Shown piece by piece: positions 63,767-64,000 of a stretch of 64,000 nucleotides of DNA. The notes under the pieces are model-generated. The model was not told where the DNA came from. It ran no database searches and saw only the letters and a program-made list of their open reading frames with translations. Made by a program: the position numbers and the translations under genes. Within the stretch, counting starts at the first letter, position 1; the number at the start of each line of letters is the position of its first letter. The stretch is from Lingula anatina (lineage: Eukaryota > Animalia > Brachiopoda): the NCBI GenBank assembly GCA_051362555.1, contig CM120642.1, forward strand, positions 3,658,001 through 3,722,000, written 5' to 3'.

Positions 63767-63990
63767 GCAGATCCAGGATTATTTGGGGGGGGGGGTCTGG
63801 TTTAATTATAGGAATGACAGACCGCGGATGCGAAGCCCCCCCCCCCCCCTCCTCGGCGTGGGGTTCGGGACCTGCTGAGGGGTACCGATAAATTGTGGTA
63901 GAGCCTATTTTAGAAGGCGATCGGTGCCATTTGGTACGGTTTAGAACCATGATTCAGCTAGTGAAAATTTTAATGTCAAGAGGAGACCAT
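63767..63990. mobile_element. Partial copy of the hAT-like MITE family seen at 41269
   Basis: gatccaggattattt-G-run and gtgccatttggta...atgattcagcta...aaaatt.taat..caagagg are shared with 41277-41393. Confidence 0.6.
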
Positions 63991-64000
63991 TGATGTGATT

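Overview
AT-rich, intron-containing animal genomic DNA, probably from a marine invertebrate; the species cannot be determined from the sequence. (1) 1.7-9.3 kb (+): the 3' part of a MAPEG-family MGST1/PTGES-like locus with two tandem copies of the middle coding exon followed by three tandem copies of the 241-nt terminal exon. No first exon lies between them, so this looks like one gene with combinatorial exon choice. (2) An intronless class A GPCR (-) with DMF in place of DRY. (3) 18-59 kb (-): five intact multi-exon genes encoding signal peptide + short coiled coil + collagen + one group-A SRCR domain, in two types: long-collagen A1/A2 (704/693 aa) and short-collagen B1/B2/B3 (320/309/347 aa). 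Their order is B3-B2-A2-B1-A1, and a B+A pair was tandemly duplicated. They resemble secreted versions of class A scavenger receptors (MARCO/SR-A). B3 carries a 6 x 13-aa Cys-containing neck repeat and B2 has two alternative signal-peptide exons. (4) A single-exon RING/B-box/coiled-coil/NHL TRIM gene (+), head-to-head with B3. Introns and spacers hold a 3.8-kb TTAA-target DNA transposon, several MITEs, Helentron-associated elements, Tc1 remnants, a 5'-half tRNA-Ala relic and satellites. All exon boundaries were read by hand from GT/AG sites and phase arithmetic; no transcript or database evidence was available.
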